Below, piece by piece: positions 1 through 13,314 of a stretch of 64,000 nt of DNA. Source of the DNA: Vicugna vicugna (taxonomy: Eukaryota); NCBI GenBank assembly GCA_013265495.1, contig MU058387.1, forward strand, positions 1,240,001-1,304,000. The letters are read 5' to 3'. A program made the position numbers and the translations under genes. The first letter of the stretch is position 1; every line of letters starts with the position of its first letter. A model generated the notes under the pieces. The model searched no databases, was not told where the DNA came from, and saw nothing but the letters and a program-made list of their open reading frames with translations.

Positions 1-730
1 TCGTGTTGGGAGAGTGCTGACTGGAAACTGACAGCTAGGCACTAGAAGCCAAAACTTTTTTTTAGGTATATTTTGGATCCTGTTATTAAGTAGCAAAGTA
101 GACTAGTCTATCATTCATCCTCTGTGGGTTTAACAATCTCTGTCCCCATCTTTGAACAGCAGGCCCATTGTAATCATGTCCCGAAAAACAGAATCTTGTT
201 TCTCAACTGGCACTTTTGTGCAAAATATAAAGATCATATTTATATCCACTTCTTGCCGCCCTTGCAACATTGTAAGTCACAATCGATGAAGGTACCACGC
301 TCTGTGATCTGACATAATTTATTGTGAAACCACTATCCATTTTTGACATTTAAGCTCTGCTTGCCAATTTGCAAGTCTGCTTATAGACCGCCAACCGTGG
401 GGTCAAGCAATTATTTTGTGGGCCATTGTGAATTCCCTGATCTGGTTGCTCTCTATGTGATTTGATTAAGAGGGTGGCCTGAGGCCATGTGAGTACCTTT
501 CTTAACAATGAACAATTAGGTAGAGAGCTTTTGAGCATAAATAGTGTGGCTTTAAGGACCTAGGACAACCCTTCTGACTTTTTCTTTCTTCCTTAAGATA
601 ACTCTCTAAATGTTGGTACTCCAAATCAATTTAACAAGTAGGGAAGAAGAATTTTATCCCATGGTTAGAAGTTAGTATTTGAAAGTAAATGCCTGTGAGT
701 TAACTGAGACCACTGAGCTAAGTTAGTTCT

Positions 731-1195
731 TGTACTAGGTTGGTTAGTCTCACCTCCCTCTGCCCCATGCCAAGTCATCTCCTTCCTGGAACCTCATAAT
801 GTGACTTAATTTGGAAATAGGTTCATTGCATAGATATTTAGTTAAGTAAGATGAGATCATAGCAGAATAGTGTGGACCCTTAATCCAATTAACTGATGTC
901 TTTTTTAAGAAGAGGAGAAGCACAGAGGCATAGAGGGAAGATGTCATGTGGCAACAAAAGCAGACATTGGAGTGGTGTATCGACCAGCCAGGAGATATGG
1001 AACATGACTGGCAACACCAGAAGCTAAGATAAACGGATGGAGCAGATTCTCCCCTAATCCCTAAAGTGATAGCAGAGCCCTGCTGACACCTTGATTTAGG
1101 GATTTAGGGCTTCTAGCCTCCAGAACTGTGAAGCAATACATGTTTGCTGTTTTAAGGCACCCATTATTTGATAATTCCTTACAGCAGCTAATATA
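731..1195 (+). mobile_element. MaLR solo LTR, MLT1B/MLT1C-like, with 5-bp TSD GTTCT
   Basis: Starts with TG. Has MLT1 motifs (aatgtgactt..tttggaaatagg, gacccttaatccaat, ccctgctgacaccttgattt, cttctagcctccagaactgtga) and ends ctaatata. GTTCT at 726-730 and 1196-1200. Confidence 0.9.
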
Positions 1196-2341
1196 GTTCT
1201 GTTGTACACTGGAATTTTGATGACATAAGGGCACTAAGTTTTAGGGTGAAAGAGCATTGAGAAAGGAATGAATATAGTCTAAAATAGTTTTATCTTATTA
1301 CTTAGTAACTTACCAAAACCTAGAACTGGAAAGGATCTAACTGTAAATTCTACAAATGAGATCTTTGCTTTTTTCTCCCCTTCATTTCTTTCTTTTCTAT
1401 TTCTTTTCCACTCTCCTGTGAACTCCATAGCCTTCATCCATTTTCTGTTAAACTTGTGTGCCATGTTTTAAAACCTATTTTATTTCTGTCTCTAGCTAGC
1501 AAATATAATTGCCCCTATGGTCTCATTGATTGTAAAACCCCTTCAAACAAAAGAATATTCTTTGTTAGGTCATTGACTATAAATGTGAATAGCATAATAA
1601 CTAAAATTACTGTGTACATGACATTTTTAAGAATGTCATGTTTCCAGTGGCCGTTTCGATGGACACTTACAGGAAACCTAACAAAATAAAGCTTTCCCTG
1701 CTTAGTCTTTACAACATTTTAATGTGCACAATAGACAAGCTCACCTTGATCTCCCCCAACCACCCGTGATCCTCAGCTAGACAGTAGCATGGTACGGGAT
1801 TTAGGACCGGGTGAGGGGTGCTCTCGTTCGGTGTTTGGTGGCCAGTAATCAATACAGTCGGACATGAATGAACATCACAGATGAGATGAGGCTAGAGGTC
1901 TAGTGTTGCAATTTTGCACACTTTTAAGTGCATATCTCATAAAGCCCAAAGATCTTATTTTGTTTGTTAACACAATATAACAGTCTTTTAACAGAAAAAA
2001 AATCAGCACATTTGATGGAAAAAACTTGCTTTAATCTTTCCATCTTACTCTAGGTTTACTATTTAGTTCTTTTTTGTTTGTTTCTCCTTTTTCCTTTTTG
2101 TTTATGTTTTCAAGTTACTGTTCATCTTATGTTCTTTTATTCATTAACTTCCTTTCCTGATAATTCTAAGCAAACACACATCTCTTTATTATATATAAAA
2201 AGAAGATAACATCTATCTCCTTCAGTGAAAATGCTCCATTTTTCCTCTTACTGCTCTTTCTCAACTCATTAAAATAAAACATTTAAAATACTTTTACTCT
2301 CCCATCTTCTCTTCCTGGTGCTCAGCCCCTATGTGTTGAAA

Positions 2342-2413
2342 TGATTTGAACCACATGAAATTGTTGATACCTGAGTATTTTAAAAAAATGGAAGTTGCGT
2401 GCGGTTCTACATG
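2342..2413. mobile_element. MADE2-like mariner MITE, degenerate
   Basis: ttgaaccacatgaaattgttgat...aaaatggaagttgcgtgcggttc resembles the ~80-bp palindromic MADE2 consensus (TTGAACCATATGAAATTGCCGAT...GCAATTTCATATGGTTCAA) as recalled. Confidence 0.6.
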
Positions 2414-2519
2414 TGTTTGTGTTTTGGAACCCTATGAGGTTTCCCTTTATAATGCCTCTGCTCTTCTGTAGTGAGCTCTTCACCGCTACTTATATTTTGT
2501 ATAATTACAGTCCATTTGG

Positions 2520-3200
2520 AAAAATTTTCTTCAGGTTGGATATGTGAGTCACACATTGCATGAATCATCCTAAATGTTATATATATTTTTAACACTGACA
2601 GGTGAAAGATACCTTGGCCAGACATGAGATTCTTGGACAGTAATTCTTTTTGCTCAGACTTTCTCTACATTTTGCTTTGTTTTGTTTTGAGCCATTAAAA
2701 TTTATAAATTTTACAAGGATCTGCATAGAGCTTTGTTTTGGTTTTTGTTTTTCTCATCGGCCCTACTGACACTTAGAAAAGGCTTCTGATACTCATCTTT
2801 CTTTTTTAGTTTAGATTTCTTTTCACACTTGTTTTGTTTTAACCTCCTTCATTCTATCATTGTAGCCTCTACCTGTCTTCTTAGACTTTTAACTTTTACT
2901 TCATGATTTCTATCTTTTTTTGAATTTTAGGTTTTTTTTTAAGCTTTTCTTTATATTTGATATTTCAGGCCACTGATGTATATCCAAAATGACCACATTC
3001 TACTTGATTTGTCTATTTCACTTTTTAGTTTAAAAGTAACATGTTTTAGCCTCAGAAAGACTTTTTTGGAGCTGTAACAGAACCAATTTAAATTACTTTT
3101 ATTTTGTTATTTTCTTTTTGCTGCCACTGTTGTCATCTGTCTCCTTCACCAGTTTACTTTTCCTACCAAGAACAGTTTTTTTAATGTTTTGCTGAATTGT
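2520..3200 (-). mobile_element. Very old L1/HAL1-like fragments
   Basis: T-rich, degenerate antisense-L1-like composition and short motifs (gattcttggacagtaattcttttt). No clear boundaries. Confidence 0.3.
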
Positions 3201-4134
3201 CATCTCTCTGGCTTCTAGATCTCCTTAGTAACATTTAAGTGTTCTTTGTTCTCTCCTCAAGGCTTACCCATACTGGCTGTATCTTCAGAGAAGGAAGGTG
3301 ACCCTACGCCAGCATCAAGTGACATCTTTGAATGCTTGAATGCTCAAGTCTTTCTCGAGGCACCAGGAGGGGATTATCTGCTTCTCAGCACCAAGCCATA
3401 TGCTCTCAACATCATTCCACCTGACAAGGTTCCCCACAGCTTCCAAGGGCAAGAAGATCAGTAACTTCTCCATCCATACGGTGGTCATTCCTTTCCTATA
3501 GGAGTTCCTGAATTTCAAGAAGTCAAACTCTTTCTAGGGTCCATCCTCTTATCTTTGCTTCAAGATTCTCTGGTAAAAATCCTCAGACTTTCTTCATGCA
3601 CAGTGGTGAACAGTCCTGCATTAACTCTATAATCTAAACACTAACCAATCCCATGTTCTCATTTGCACCCTCGAGGCCCTGTCTGCCCATCATTCCCAGC
3701 ATCTGTGTGGCAGGAAGGGAAACTGATGGTTGGACAGCAATTGTGAGGAAGAGGTCAAGTTCCTATCATTTCAGAATTCACGTTTATTTTTCATACAAAT
3801 GTTTCTGATGCTTAAACTCATGTAATTCACTGCTCTCCATTATGCTTCCTTAGAATAAATTATTAGCCCAATTAGATTTATTTCCTTTTGCTACATGGTT
3901 ATCTTTCTGAGGGTAAGAAAAATCTCATTCTCTTTTTGTATTTATCATCATCAAGTGATAATTGCCAGTGTGGTTCAGATGTTTAATAAGAACTCTTTGA
4001 TTTGATAATATCACAAAAAATTTAGAAAAGATATACATGCCAAGTTGAATAGTGCTTTAAAAGGGATTGTTACCTCTGTGTCGCTTGAACATTTTACAAT
4101 GGACATGTTTTACTTACTTTATCTTGAAAAGGCA

Positions 4135-4161
4135 AAATAAATAAATAAATAAATAAATAAA
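4135..4161 (+). repeat. (AAAT)n microsatellite
   Basis: aaataaataaataaataaataaataaa read directly. Confidence 0.9.
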
Positions 4162-4254
4162 GTGAAAGTTATGGCCAAAGTCTTTTAAATTCAGTTCACT
4201 GGATTCTTGTGTATTTAATTGTGCAGACTTTGAGTTACACTGAAAACATGTGAA

Positions 4255-4342
4255 GTAAAGAAAAGAAAGAAGAAGAAAAGGAACAAGAAGAAAGAAAGGA
4301 AAGAAAGAAGGGAGGGAGAAGGGAAGAGAGGGAGGAGAAAAT
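4255..4342 (+). repeat. Polypurine (A/G) low-complexity tract
   Basis: Nearly pure A/G run (aaagaaaagaaagaagaag...gggagggagaa). Confidence 0.85.
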
Positions 4343-5644
4343 AAGGTATCATAAGATAGATTAATTAACTATCTCTGTTTTGGTTTACAATAGAACCATA
4401 AATGACAAATTCAGTTTTGTAATATTTTCATGACCCAGTTACATAATCATATTTAAATGAAATCTCTTATAATTTGAATTATTTAGACAGTTGCTGAAAA
4501 TCAGTGTTACTTGTCATCACAATATTAGTCAAAAATAAAATCTATAGTACATGCATAAAATGAACCAATGGTCTCCCTGAAGCAACTCTAGTAGGTGTCT
4601 CAAGTAATTAGCAACCATCTCTAATTGATTATCCCTTAATTGTGTAATAGCTTTATTATCCAGGATCTGCACATGTTGCTAATGATATACACTAGTCCTA
4701 GTTACACGTTATGGGTTTGAAGAAGCAAAGCCTAGTCTGAAAACAAATCCAAAATAGAGAATTAAAGCAGGATTGGGATACTTAGCAACACTTTATAGGT
4801 TGACTTATAATTTCTGTGTTTTGCTAATGGTTAAAAAACGAGGCTTTGAATGGAGGGAAGTGGGGTCTTCCACTTAATGGAACTGTCAGAGCATGTAGGC
4901 GCTCTGTGGTGGGAACCTTGGATAAAGGTAGCTATTTATCTCTTTATATTAAAACAGTAGAGACAAGTGAATGTGCTTTCTTTTCCTCTGTTGACTCTGA
5001 GTGTTTGGCTGCCCCTTCTAAATATGAATGGACTCTCTTCACAAGAGTTTGAGGTTTGGTTTTAAGCAGTATCTAGAAGGTTTATCCCTATCCTTGCTAG
5101 ATCTTATCTGAGACCCATCAGAAGGAACTCGTGCCAAGCTAGGAGTCTTAGAACATGCTTATTTTTCCATACTCGTAAAAGAGAAAAGACCACAGTGATT
5201 ATGCCTTCCTCTAACGTCTCCACAGCATTTAGTCTGATCTCACAGAATGAAGAAGGTGCAAGAACAATGAGCATGTAAAACTTAGTCTTATTTCAATTAT
5301 CCCTAGTGACACATATTTGGCTGGAGATAACGTTTCACAAACATTTTTATCTCCTGGCATTGTTTCATCTTTTCATAGCCTTTTTTTTTTCACTAATCTT
5401 TAAAACACAAAAGTTTCTCTTATTAAAGCAATCTTTATGCCTTATTTTAGAAATTAGTAGAGAAATCCTGAGATCCCTGGTTCTTATATATTTAACTGTC
5501 ACTTAATTGCAAATTTTTTAACATGTCCAAAAATATGGCTGTTAGTGAGTGTCAAGTGATATGTGGGTTAATATTTACAATGTGTGTGTGTGTTTTAACA
5601 ATGTGTATCTTTGTTGAGTGGGAGGAAGGGAATAGATGTCCAAT

Positions 5645-6071
5645 CGTCGGGACTGAAAGAGACGGTCAATTCATGGAGATTGTTGGAGGAGGTCATCAAG
5701 AGGATGTGACCATAGGGTGACTACAGTCTGAATCCAGGCAGTTGGAGCCTTCTCACCCCTTCCCCTGTCCTTGGAATGTACACTCTGCACTTTTCCCACA
5801 GTGGGAGCCATTTTCAAGTACACGGCTTTGAAAGAGTGAAGTGTTGTTGAGACCATCGGGACTGAACTGAACTCAAGTAAGTCCTCTAGAGAAACTTCTA
5901 GGATTCTGGTGGGAAAATCCAGAGATTTACTCTCCTGTGGCCACTCAAGACAAGCCTCTGTTGTAAGTTCCCTTGCTTATTAAATCTGCCATCCACCAAT
6001 CTGTAGTGATCTGCTTCTTACTTCAGTCTCTCCTTGTCCTCCAGGTACGAGGGCCAATTTGAAAGCTAACA
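5645..6071 (+). mobile_element. ERV1-like solo LTR, family uncertain
   Basis: LTR-like organisation with an ATTAAA poly(A) signal near 5978, a pyrimidine-rich U5-like stretch and an end at ...gctaaca. More GC-rich than the flanks. Confidence 0.6.
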
Positions 6072-7120
6072 GTGGTGTAGTTAATTAAACTTAGTTCATA
6101 ATTTGAAGTTCATCAGAATTTATTCCTCTCACATAATCAATTGGTAGTTACCATTTTGCATATAAAATGGACTATCAAAAATTGTCTAATGTTGTAAGAA
6201 TTTTAGCATTAATCCAGTGTATGTATGTCCAGAACAAAACAACTTGAAAGATTACCTCTTAGGTATTTATTTTTCATGATCCCTTGGGATCTAGCTATCC
6301 AATATTCAGTTTATTAAAAAGAAACAGCACATTTGAAACCCTCTTCCTAAAACTGGAGTCGACAGAATAAAAGATGTCTTGCAAAATCTTGGGCAAATTT
6401 GGTCCTGCCATTTTCTGACAATGGGAGGTACAGTGTTGACAACCTGGAATCTTTGAACCCCTGCTACCCCAGGATAAAGTGAGTAATAAACTGTTTTCAA
6501 AATCTCAAAAAATAAGAGAAATTAAATGTTTATCATCAAAAGGATTTCATAGATTAAGCACATTGTTGTTCCTTAGGTTTTATGAGAGATAAACAAACAT
6601 ACCATGGTGAAGTAAGTTAGTTCTTTCTCTTCAAAAGCCCTGAGAACTGGTTATGTAGCACTCTTTGATGATACAAGTGAATAAATAATGGTAAAAATAA
6701 GGTGGTTTTTGATAAACAAAATCTCTATATACATGGAGTCCACAGGAGGAAAACAGCCAAAGCTAATTGTTAACATTTAACTGAGGCTGAGTCTGCAACA
6801 TTTCCAATTTGCAGAAGGATAATAAATGTTACTAATAGCTTTTTTTTGGTAAGAGAATAAAGCTAGAGATAATAAATAAGTTGAAGTAATTTGAAATAGA
6901 GTAGAGATGGTGCCTGAGTTAGGATAGTTCAACTTAATATGTAGCAATACTCATATAAATATTATTTTGCAGAAGTTGAATTTTATATTTAAAGTACTTT
7001 CATGACTTATCTACCCTTTTTATATTGGACATGAACCATCCCAGATTTTTAACATAGTTGTTTATTAATAAAAGTAATAATAGCTGGTTTTATTTTGAAG
7101 AGCTATTTGAAGAACTGTTC

Positions 7121-7153
<33 letters not shown>

Positions 7154-7210
7154 TTTAGATGTGAGTGCCACAGTGAGAATCACATTCTGGGAGATTTTAT
7201 CTAATATTTT

Positions 7211-7683
7211 CATATTAGCCTGGGTTCTCCAGAGAAACAGAACCAATAAGATAGATTGATAGACAGATAGATTCACTATAAGGACTTGGCTCATGTGTTG
7301 ATGAAGGACGAGAAACCCAAGATGTACAGTGGGCAAACTGGAGACCAAGGAGATCCGATGGCATGTTTCCAGTCTGAGCTTGATGGCCTGAGAGTCAGAC
7401 AAGCTGACAGTGTGAGTTCTGGTATAGGTCTGAGTCTGAAGGCAGGAGAGACCTGGTGGCCCAGTTGGAAGACAGTGAGACAGAGAGAATGAACGAACTG
7501 TTCTTTCCTCTGACTTTTACTCTATTTAAGTCTTTAAATGATTGAATGAGATCAATTTAATTTGAGGAGGGCAATCTGCTTTACTCTGTAGATTCAAATG
7601 TTAATTCCATTCAGAAAAACACTTGCAGACACACTCAGAAAAATGTTTAACCTAACATCTGAGCACATAAAATTAACATCACG
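7211..7683 (-). mobile_element. MLT2B-like ERVL solo LTR
   Basis: tattagcctgggttctccagagaaacagaaccaata at one end, cataaaattaacatcac at the other, and internal ggagggcaatctgctttact. Confidence 0.9.
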
Positions 7684-7696
7684 TTTTTGTTCAATA

Positions 7697-7733
7697 CAGG
7701 CACACCTCATTTAATTGTGTCTTGCACTATTGG
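7697..7733 (+). mobile_element. Tigger1-like terminal fragment
   Basis: ta|caggcacacctcatttaattgtg resembles the Tigger1 terminus CAGGCATACCTCGTTTTATTGCG and is preceded by TA. Confidence 0.55.
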
Positions 7734-7774
7734 GATTGGTATGAAGATTGGTCCTGAGAATAAGCTCAAAGTCT

Positions 7775-8325
7775 TTTTTTGTTTCTCTTTTATTTAATCA
7801 ATTAATTAAGTAATTTTTATTGAAGTACAGTCAGTTACAATGTGTCAGTTTCTGGCGTACAGCACAATGTTCCAATCATACACTCATTTTCATATACTTT
7901 TTCATTAAAAGTTACTATAAGATATTAAACATAATTCCCTGTGCTATACGAAGAAATTTTTTTAAATCTATTTTTATATATAGTGGCTAACATTTGTAAA
8001 TATCAAATTCCCAAATTTATCCCTTCCTGCCACCCCCTTTCTCCAGTAACCATAAGATTGTTTACTATGTCTGCGAGTCTGTTTCTGTTTTGTAGATGAG
8101 TTCATAGCGTCCTTTTTTTTCTTTTTTTCTTTTTCTTTTTTCACTTTCTTTTTCTTTTTTTTTTTAGATTCCACATATGAGTGATATCATATGGTATTTT
8201 TCTTTCTCTTTCTGGCTTACTTCACTTAGAATGACAATCTCTAGGTCCATCCATGTTGCTACAAATGGCATTATTTTATTTTTTATGGCTGAGTAGTATT
8301 CCATTGTATAAATATACTACAACTT
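7775..8325 (-). mobile_element. 5'-truncated LINE-1 (ORF2 C-terminus, 3'UTR and A-rich tail) with 10-bp TSD CTCAAAGTCT
   Basis: Antisense ORF2 end (tagattccacatatgagtgatatcatatggtattt) and a cetartiodactyl-type 3'UTR (ttccctgtgctata). Direct repeat at 7765-7774 and 8326-8335. Confidence 0.92.
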
Positions 8326-8999
8326 CTCAAAGTCTGGTTGAACAGAAAAAGGGTGTCCTATATTTTATGGTTCAGTCTTAATTTTTAAGCAATGCATTTT
8401 AACTTGGCTTTCAGAGGTCTTTTTCTTTCAAATGTCCCTCCCCACTTCCTTATGTTAAAATAAGTTGATATAGAGTATTTAAAAGTTATGTGTTCTTTGA
8501 TGATGCATCCAAGGTTAGCTCTGACAGCAGAGTATGAAACTAAAGAGTCTTTCTGATAATAAGCACATTGTAATAAATATGTAATAAAGTAGAATATAAT
8601 GGAATAAAGTAATATTCCATTATATTATTAGAAGTCAAAATGGAAGTATAAGATATACAGAATGAAGCCAGGGAGATTATATTAAAAATCCAATAGTTTC
8701 TTTGTCTCTGGAATCAAAGAAAGGAGTTTTTTTTTTTTTAATGTCCAAGATTCACTGGATTATTTTTTCCTCTTAAACAGGATATCAAGATATGTTTAAA
8801 TATTTATTCTTTTAAAGGTTAAAAAGAACTTTGAAACTATAAAATGTATTGGAAATTAACGAGTAGGCTTTATTTCAGCATGTCTGATTTACAAGAAAGA
8901 AGAGAAAAGTCATTCTATTCTATTGTACTTCAGAGTTAATTGATATGTTTACATACATAACTTTAAGCTTCCCTAGGATCTTGGAAAATGGGTAAGACA

Positions 9000-9110
9000 G
9001 ACACTGATAGTCTCATTTTTAATTAAGAAACAGAGATTTGGAGACAGTAATGATTTCTCCATGGTCAAAGAGTCAGTGAATGGGACTGAACCTGGGAACC
9101 TTGACATATT
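9000..9110 (-). mobile_element. MIR fragment
   Basis: ctcatttt..taagaaacagagatttggagacagtaatgatttctccatggtca resembles the antisense MIR core. Confidence 0.6.
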
Positions 9111-10704
9111 TCCTTGTTGCAAAGAGACTGTACTAAAAATACAGTCATGTGTTTCTGTCCTAATGAGAAATTCTTAGAAGAAGTTCAGTTTTAGGGCAGT
9201 TCTTAAAAAGTGGGAAGATTTAGTGGAGAGCGACAGTGGCTTATCTCCATTGACCTGGTTTATTCATCCATAAAAAATCATTGAAGACAGAAGAGATAAA
9301 GGCTTGAAATGCAAAATAGAAAGTAGGCACCGTGGTTCAGCACAAATGCAAGCTCTCGGCACTGAGAGAACTGAGTGACAAACAGCCAACAAGAACTGCC
9401 AACTCAACATCTTCTGCAATGGAATGAGATTCAGAAGGCTGCTTGCAACGTACGTGCACATTGCACCAAGGAGCATTCTAATATCTAGGCTCTCTTTGAC
9501 TGCAACTATCCACTGAGATTTTAAGATCACCTGGAGGAGGATTAGAACAGGTTTTCTGGAGGAGAAAACATTTTTATTGTATGTCTCAAGACTCAAAAGC
9601 ACTAAGATAAATAAAAATATAAAAGCAAGTGGAAAATCTGAAATGTTTAAAATCTTAATTAAAACACAGATAAGAAAGACCAAGGATGATATTGCTAAAG
9701 TCTTTGCCAAATTATATCTATGGGATTTCCATCTTTAGTAGCAATCAACTATATTATTCCAAGATGGACAACAGCCTCTTTAATATGTTTTTTAGGAATT
9801 ATTTTCACGGGGGACTAACTGAATTAAAACAGATTTACTAAGAGACTTTTTAAAGCTTAGTTTCTCTCCCTCGTTATTATTGCAATTACTGTTTTCAGTA
9901 ACAAACAACAACCAGTAAGTCTATCTACATTCAGTGTGATGTTTTCCCTTTTTGAATACAGGAAGTAGCCTAAGGAAAGAGTGAGAAAAAAATATATATA
10001 TATGTAAGTTATAAATACAAATAGCATTAATTTAAATACACTTTTTCAGGTTTTAGCTTCTTGGAGGCCTAAAATCCTTTTGATAACAGAAATAAATATT
10101 CTATAAGTTGATGATTGTATGCTCATTAAAGTACCAAAAATATTTCCATTAAAAAATGGAACTTCCTGTTTCTTTCATCTCAGTTCACTCTGATGATTTT
10201 GAAAGAAAGCACTGGAAGCATGAAAAAATATTAAGATATAACACAGAATGCAAATGAATGTATTCAGTCCCAAGAACAATGGAACAGACATGCTGATCAT
10301 ATTTTGTTTGTAAGTGAATTCACTCACCAATACACTTATCTGTACTGGAAACAATTTTTGGTACTGAAAGTGCTTAAAAAGTGTTTTCAACAGATGATTT
10401 GGATTAATAGTCCTACAAAACACACTCTTTGTGATTATTGAGCATTTTTAACCATGGTTTCCTATGAAATAATTATCAGTGATATTCTAAATTCCTTAAA
10501 AAGCTTCACCAGTTTTCAAATGGTATTTTGCATACTTAGTGACTAATAATTTCAGTTATAGATTCTCAAATTCACACATTGTTAATGTTATTCAATTCAC
10601 AATTTTTCATTTCACCAATGCAACTGCTTTCCTCCTTTCAGTCTTCTTATTTATTTTTCTTCTGCTTCTCTTCTTTCCTCTTCCTCTCTTCTCTCATTCT
10701 TTCC

Positions 10705-11100
10705 TCAAGCACTGTGTGCCAATGATAGGCTTACACAAAATTAGATTTTAGAAAATCAAAGATGGAGAAAGTATATTCTTCTTTTAAAGAGTTGATACAT
10801 GCAAATAAATCATTACAAAATGATTTGATAAATGCTAGGAAGATATCTAGTGGAAAATAGAAAAGAACAACTGTTCCTAATAGTCAGGATATGGCAGAAA
10901 AGATACCTCCCAAGAAGTGATGTTTAATACGAACCTTGAAGTGGAAATAGATGTTGTCAAAACTGAAAGGGGATGTGGGGCAAGAGAATTCCAGACAGGG
11001 GAAAAAAAAACTGATGCAAACAAACCAGCATTTAAAACAAATATGATTTATTTTGGGAATGATGATTAATTAGCCATGATTTGAGAGTAGCATTTTTCAT
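10705..11100 (-). mobile_element. L2 3' region fragment
   Basis: Degenerate L2 antisense motifs (aagcactgtg, gaaccttgaag, gaattccagacagggg). Confidence 0.55.
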
Positions 11101-11159
11101 AATCAAGTCGGTACAGGCTATACTCTCTCCAAGCCGTATCCATGTTAAAACAAAAGAAG

Positions 11160-11341
11160 TGTTCTAGTCAGTTTAGTTTGTTTTAACAAATTGATATAGA
11201 CTGGGTGTCTTAAGCAACAGGAATGTATTTCTCACAGTTGAAGAGAGTGGAAAGTCTCAGATCAGGGTACCAGCATAGTGGGGTTCTGGTGTGACCACCC
11301 TCTTCCTGCTTTACAGATGGATATTTTGCTGTGTTCTAGAG
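11160..11341 (-). mobile_element. MLT1A-like LTR fragment
   Basis: atagactgggtgtcttaagcaacaggaatgtatttctcacagtt...gatcagggtaccagcatagtggggttctggtg. Confidence 0.8.
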
Positions 11342-11440
11342 CAGAGATCAGTAAACTAGTGCTCTTAAGGCAAATCTGGACTGCTGTCTGTTTTTGTAAA
11401 TAAAGTTTTATTGGAACATAGTCATGCCTATGTATGTACA
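11342..11440 (+). mobile_element. MER58-like hAT-Charlie MITE, one end only
   Basis: Preceded by the hAT-type target ttctagag. Contains tgtttttgtaaataaagttttattggaacatagtcatgc. Confidence 0.8.
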
Positions 11441-13314
11441 GTGAGATGTAAAATATGAAAACTTTACATTAATTAAATTTAAATAAAAGTACTTAATCAT
11501 AAATAGTATAATTCATACATGTAGATCTCTATTCATACATATGTATATACCCATCTAATTACACACACACCATCAATAACTGCGTATTTTTAAATTGCTA
11601 GATTATAACAATCTTTCACAGTTCCTCTTTTGGTACAAGAGCTTATATTTAAATAGGTTTCAATTGATTTGCAAAAAGAAAATGTGATATATTTCATCTT
11701 CCTCTACTGTTTCCTCTTCTTAACCTATTTATTTTATGAAATTATTGTTATTCATCTTTCACTCTTGTCCTTTCTCTTTGAGATTATATTGCATTTGTGA
11801 CTTAGCACTTGAAATTCAGTCATAGTAAAGTTTGCTTCTCATAGGTGTAATCTGACAGTGCTAACTATACATCATCTTTCTCTAGCTTAAGTCCCCTCTA
11901 TTTGAGATAATTCAACAAAGATTTGTGCCAATAACTAAGTATTTGTGGCACATAATGTCAAGTGTATTTCAACAATTATTTAGATACTTAAGGAGCAGCT
12001 TACGAAGTTCTTTCTTTCTTTTTTTTTTTTCTTTCTTTCACTACATTTAATTCTCATGGATTTAATGTGGTTGATTTTTGTGCTGAAAAATATTCCTGCT
12101 ATGTGTCATGGCAAAAAGAAATATGTAGTGCATGTTTTCTGAGTGACCCAACACTTGCTTCCCAAGACACTGTGTCCACAGAATTAACATTCACTGAAAC
12201 TAAATTTAGGTCAACGGATTTTAAAGTGTTGTTATTTACTACAATGTTAAATGGAGAAGTGGTTTCGGTAGAGGGCTGTTCTGGCATCTTCATGGAGGAA
12301 AAAGAAGCTGGTGATAAATACTGGGAGATCCAAGTCTGAGAAATTGGTTCGAACATTCAAATGTATAGGGTAGATTCTACATTATTGACTCACTGGTTTC
12401 TAAAACATCATGGAAGAGAAAGAAAACATCTGTCTTGTCTTACATATAAAAGCAAATATATGTTTAATATAAAGCCCATATGTATATGTTACATATAGAA
12501 TAAGAAGTTCACTGATATTAGAACCCTACATTTCATTTTCATTTTTTGAAATGAGAGATGCCTATTAAATACTTATTAACCTTACCTCTAAAATCCAAAC
12601 AGAATCATACAATGGAGGGAATGCACCTTTAAATCTGTAGGTAGAGGGTCTTAGATGTGCATTAGGGTGGGATTAATTTTTTGTGGATGATAAGGAATAG
12701 CAGTGGTCCTTAGTTCTTGTTCAACAAGGATCAGTGTGCAGAGTGGAGACCCTGCAGGGCTTCCACCTGAGACTTCCCGATCTAGTCCTTCAGTTGTGCC
12801 CTCCAAGTAGGCTCTCTGAAGTTGGAGATCAAAACCTGGGACCCTTTGAGGCTGCCTGCTTTTATGTAGGATATTAATGACACACTTATTGTTCAACGAT
12901 CCATTCAGCTCTACTACGTCAAGTAACTTTGATGGTTCATCAGCACTATACAGTTCAAGTTCAAGTCACTTAAAGAGGAGTTATTCCAGAAACATGTAGG
13001 TAATTTGCAAGTCATACAAACTTGAAGCTGAAACTGTACAGTTCCAAGAAGGCCTCTTAATTGAATTCTGTAATGGCTTATATGTGAGTCTCAAGACAAT
13101 TACAATGTTTTAATCAGTTGCTTTAGATTTAATGCCTATGTTACACCCATCTGTGTTATGGGCTCATATGTATTAACAAAAATTGAATTTGAGGCCCCCC
13201 CCATCTAGTGTCATCACTAATTAGAAAGATTTTTCTGCTTATTATTATTTCTGCTCTATTTTGTACTTGATTTCTGAACTTCATCAGGAGTTACAATAAA
13301 TACTTCCCAGGCCA

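Noticed and set aside
1051..1109. Telomere-like ccctaa / tttaggg motifs in inverted orientation
   Set aside because: Only two units each, inside an MLT1 LTR. Consistent with small slippage duplications rather than an interstitial telomere.
9264..9710. 148-aa hydrophobic, membrane-like ORF
   Set aside because: The T-rich strand produces hydrophobic codons, the start is non-ATG, and I see no homology or exon structure.
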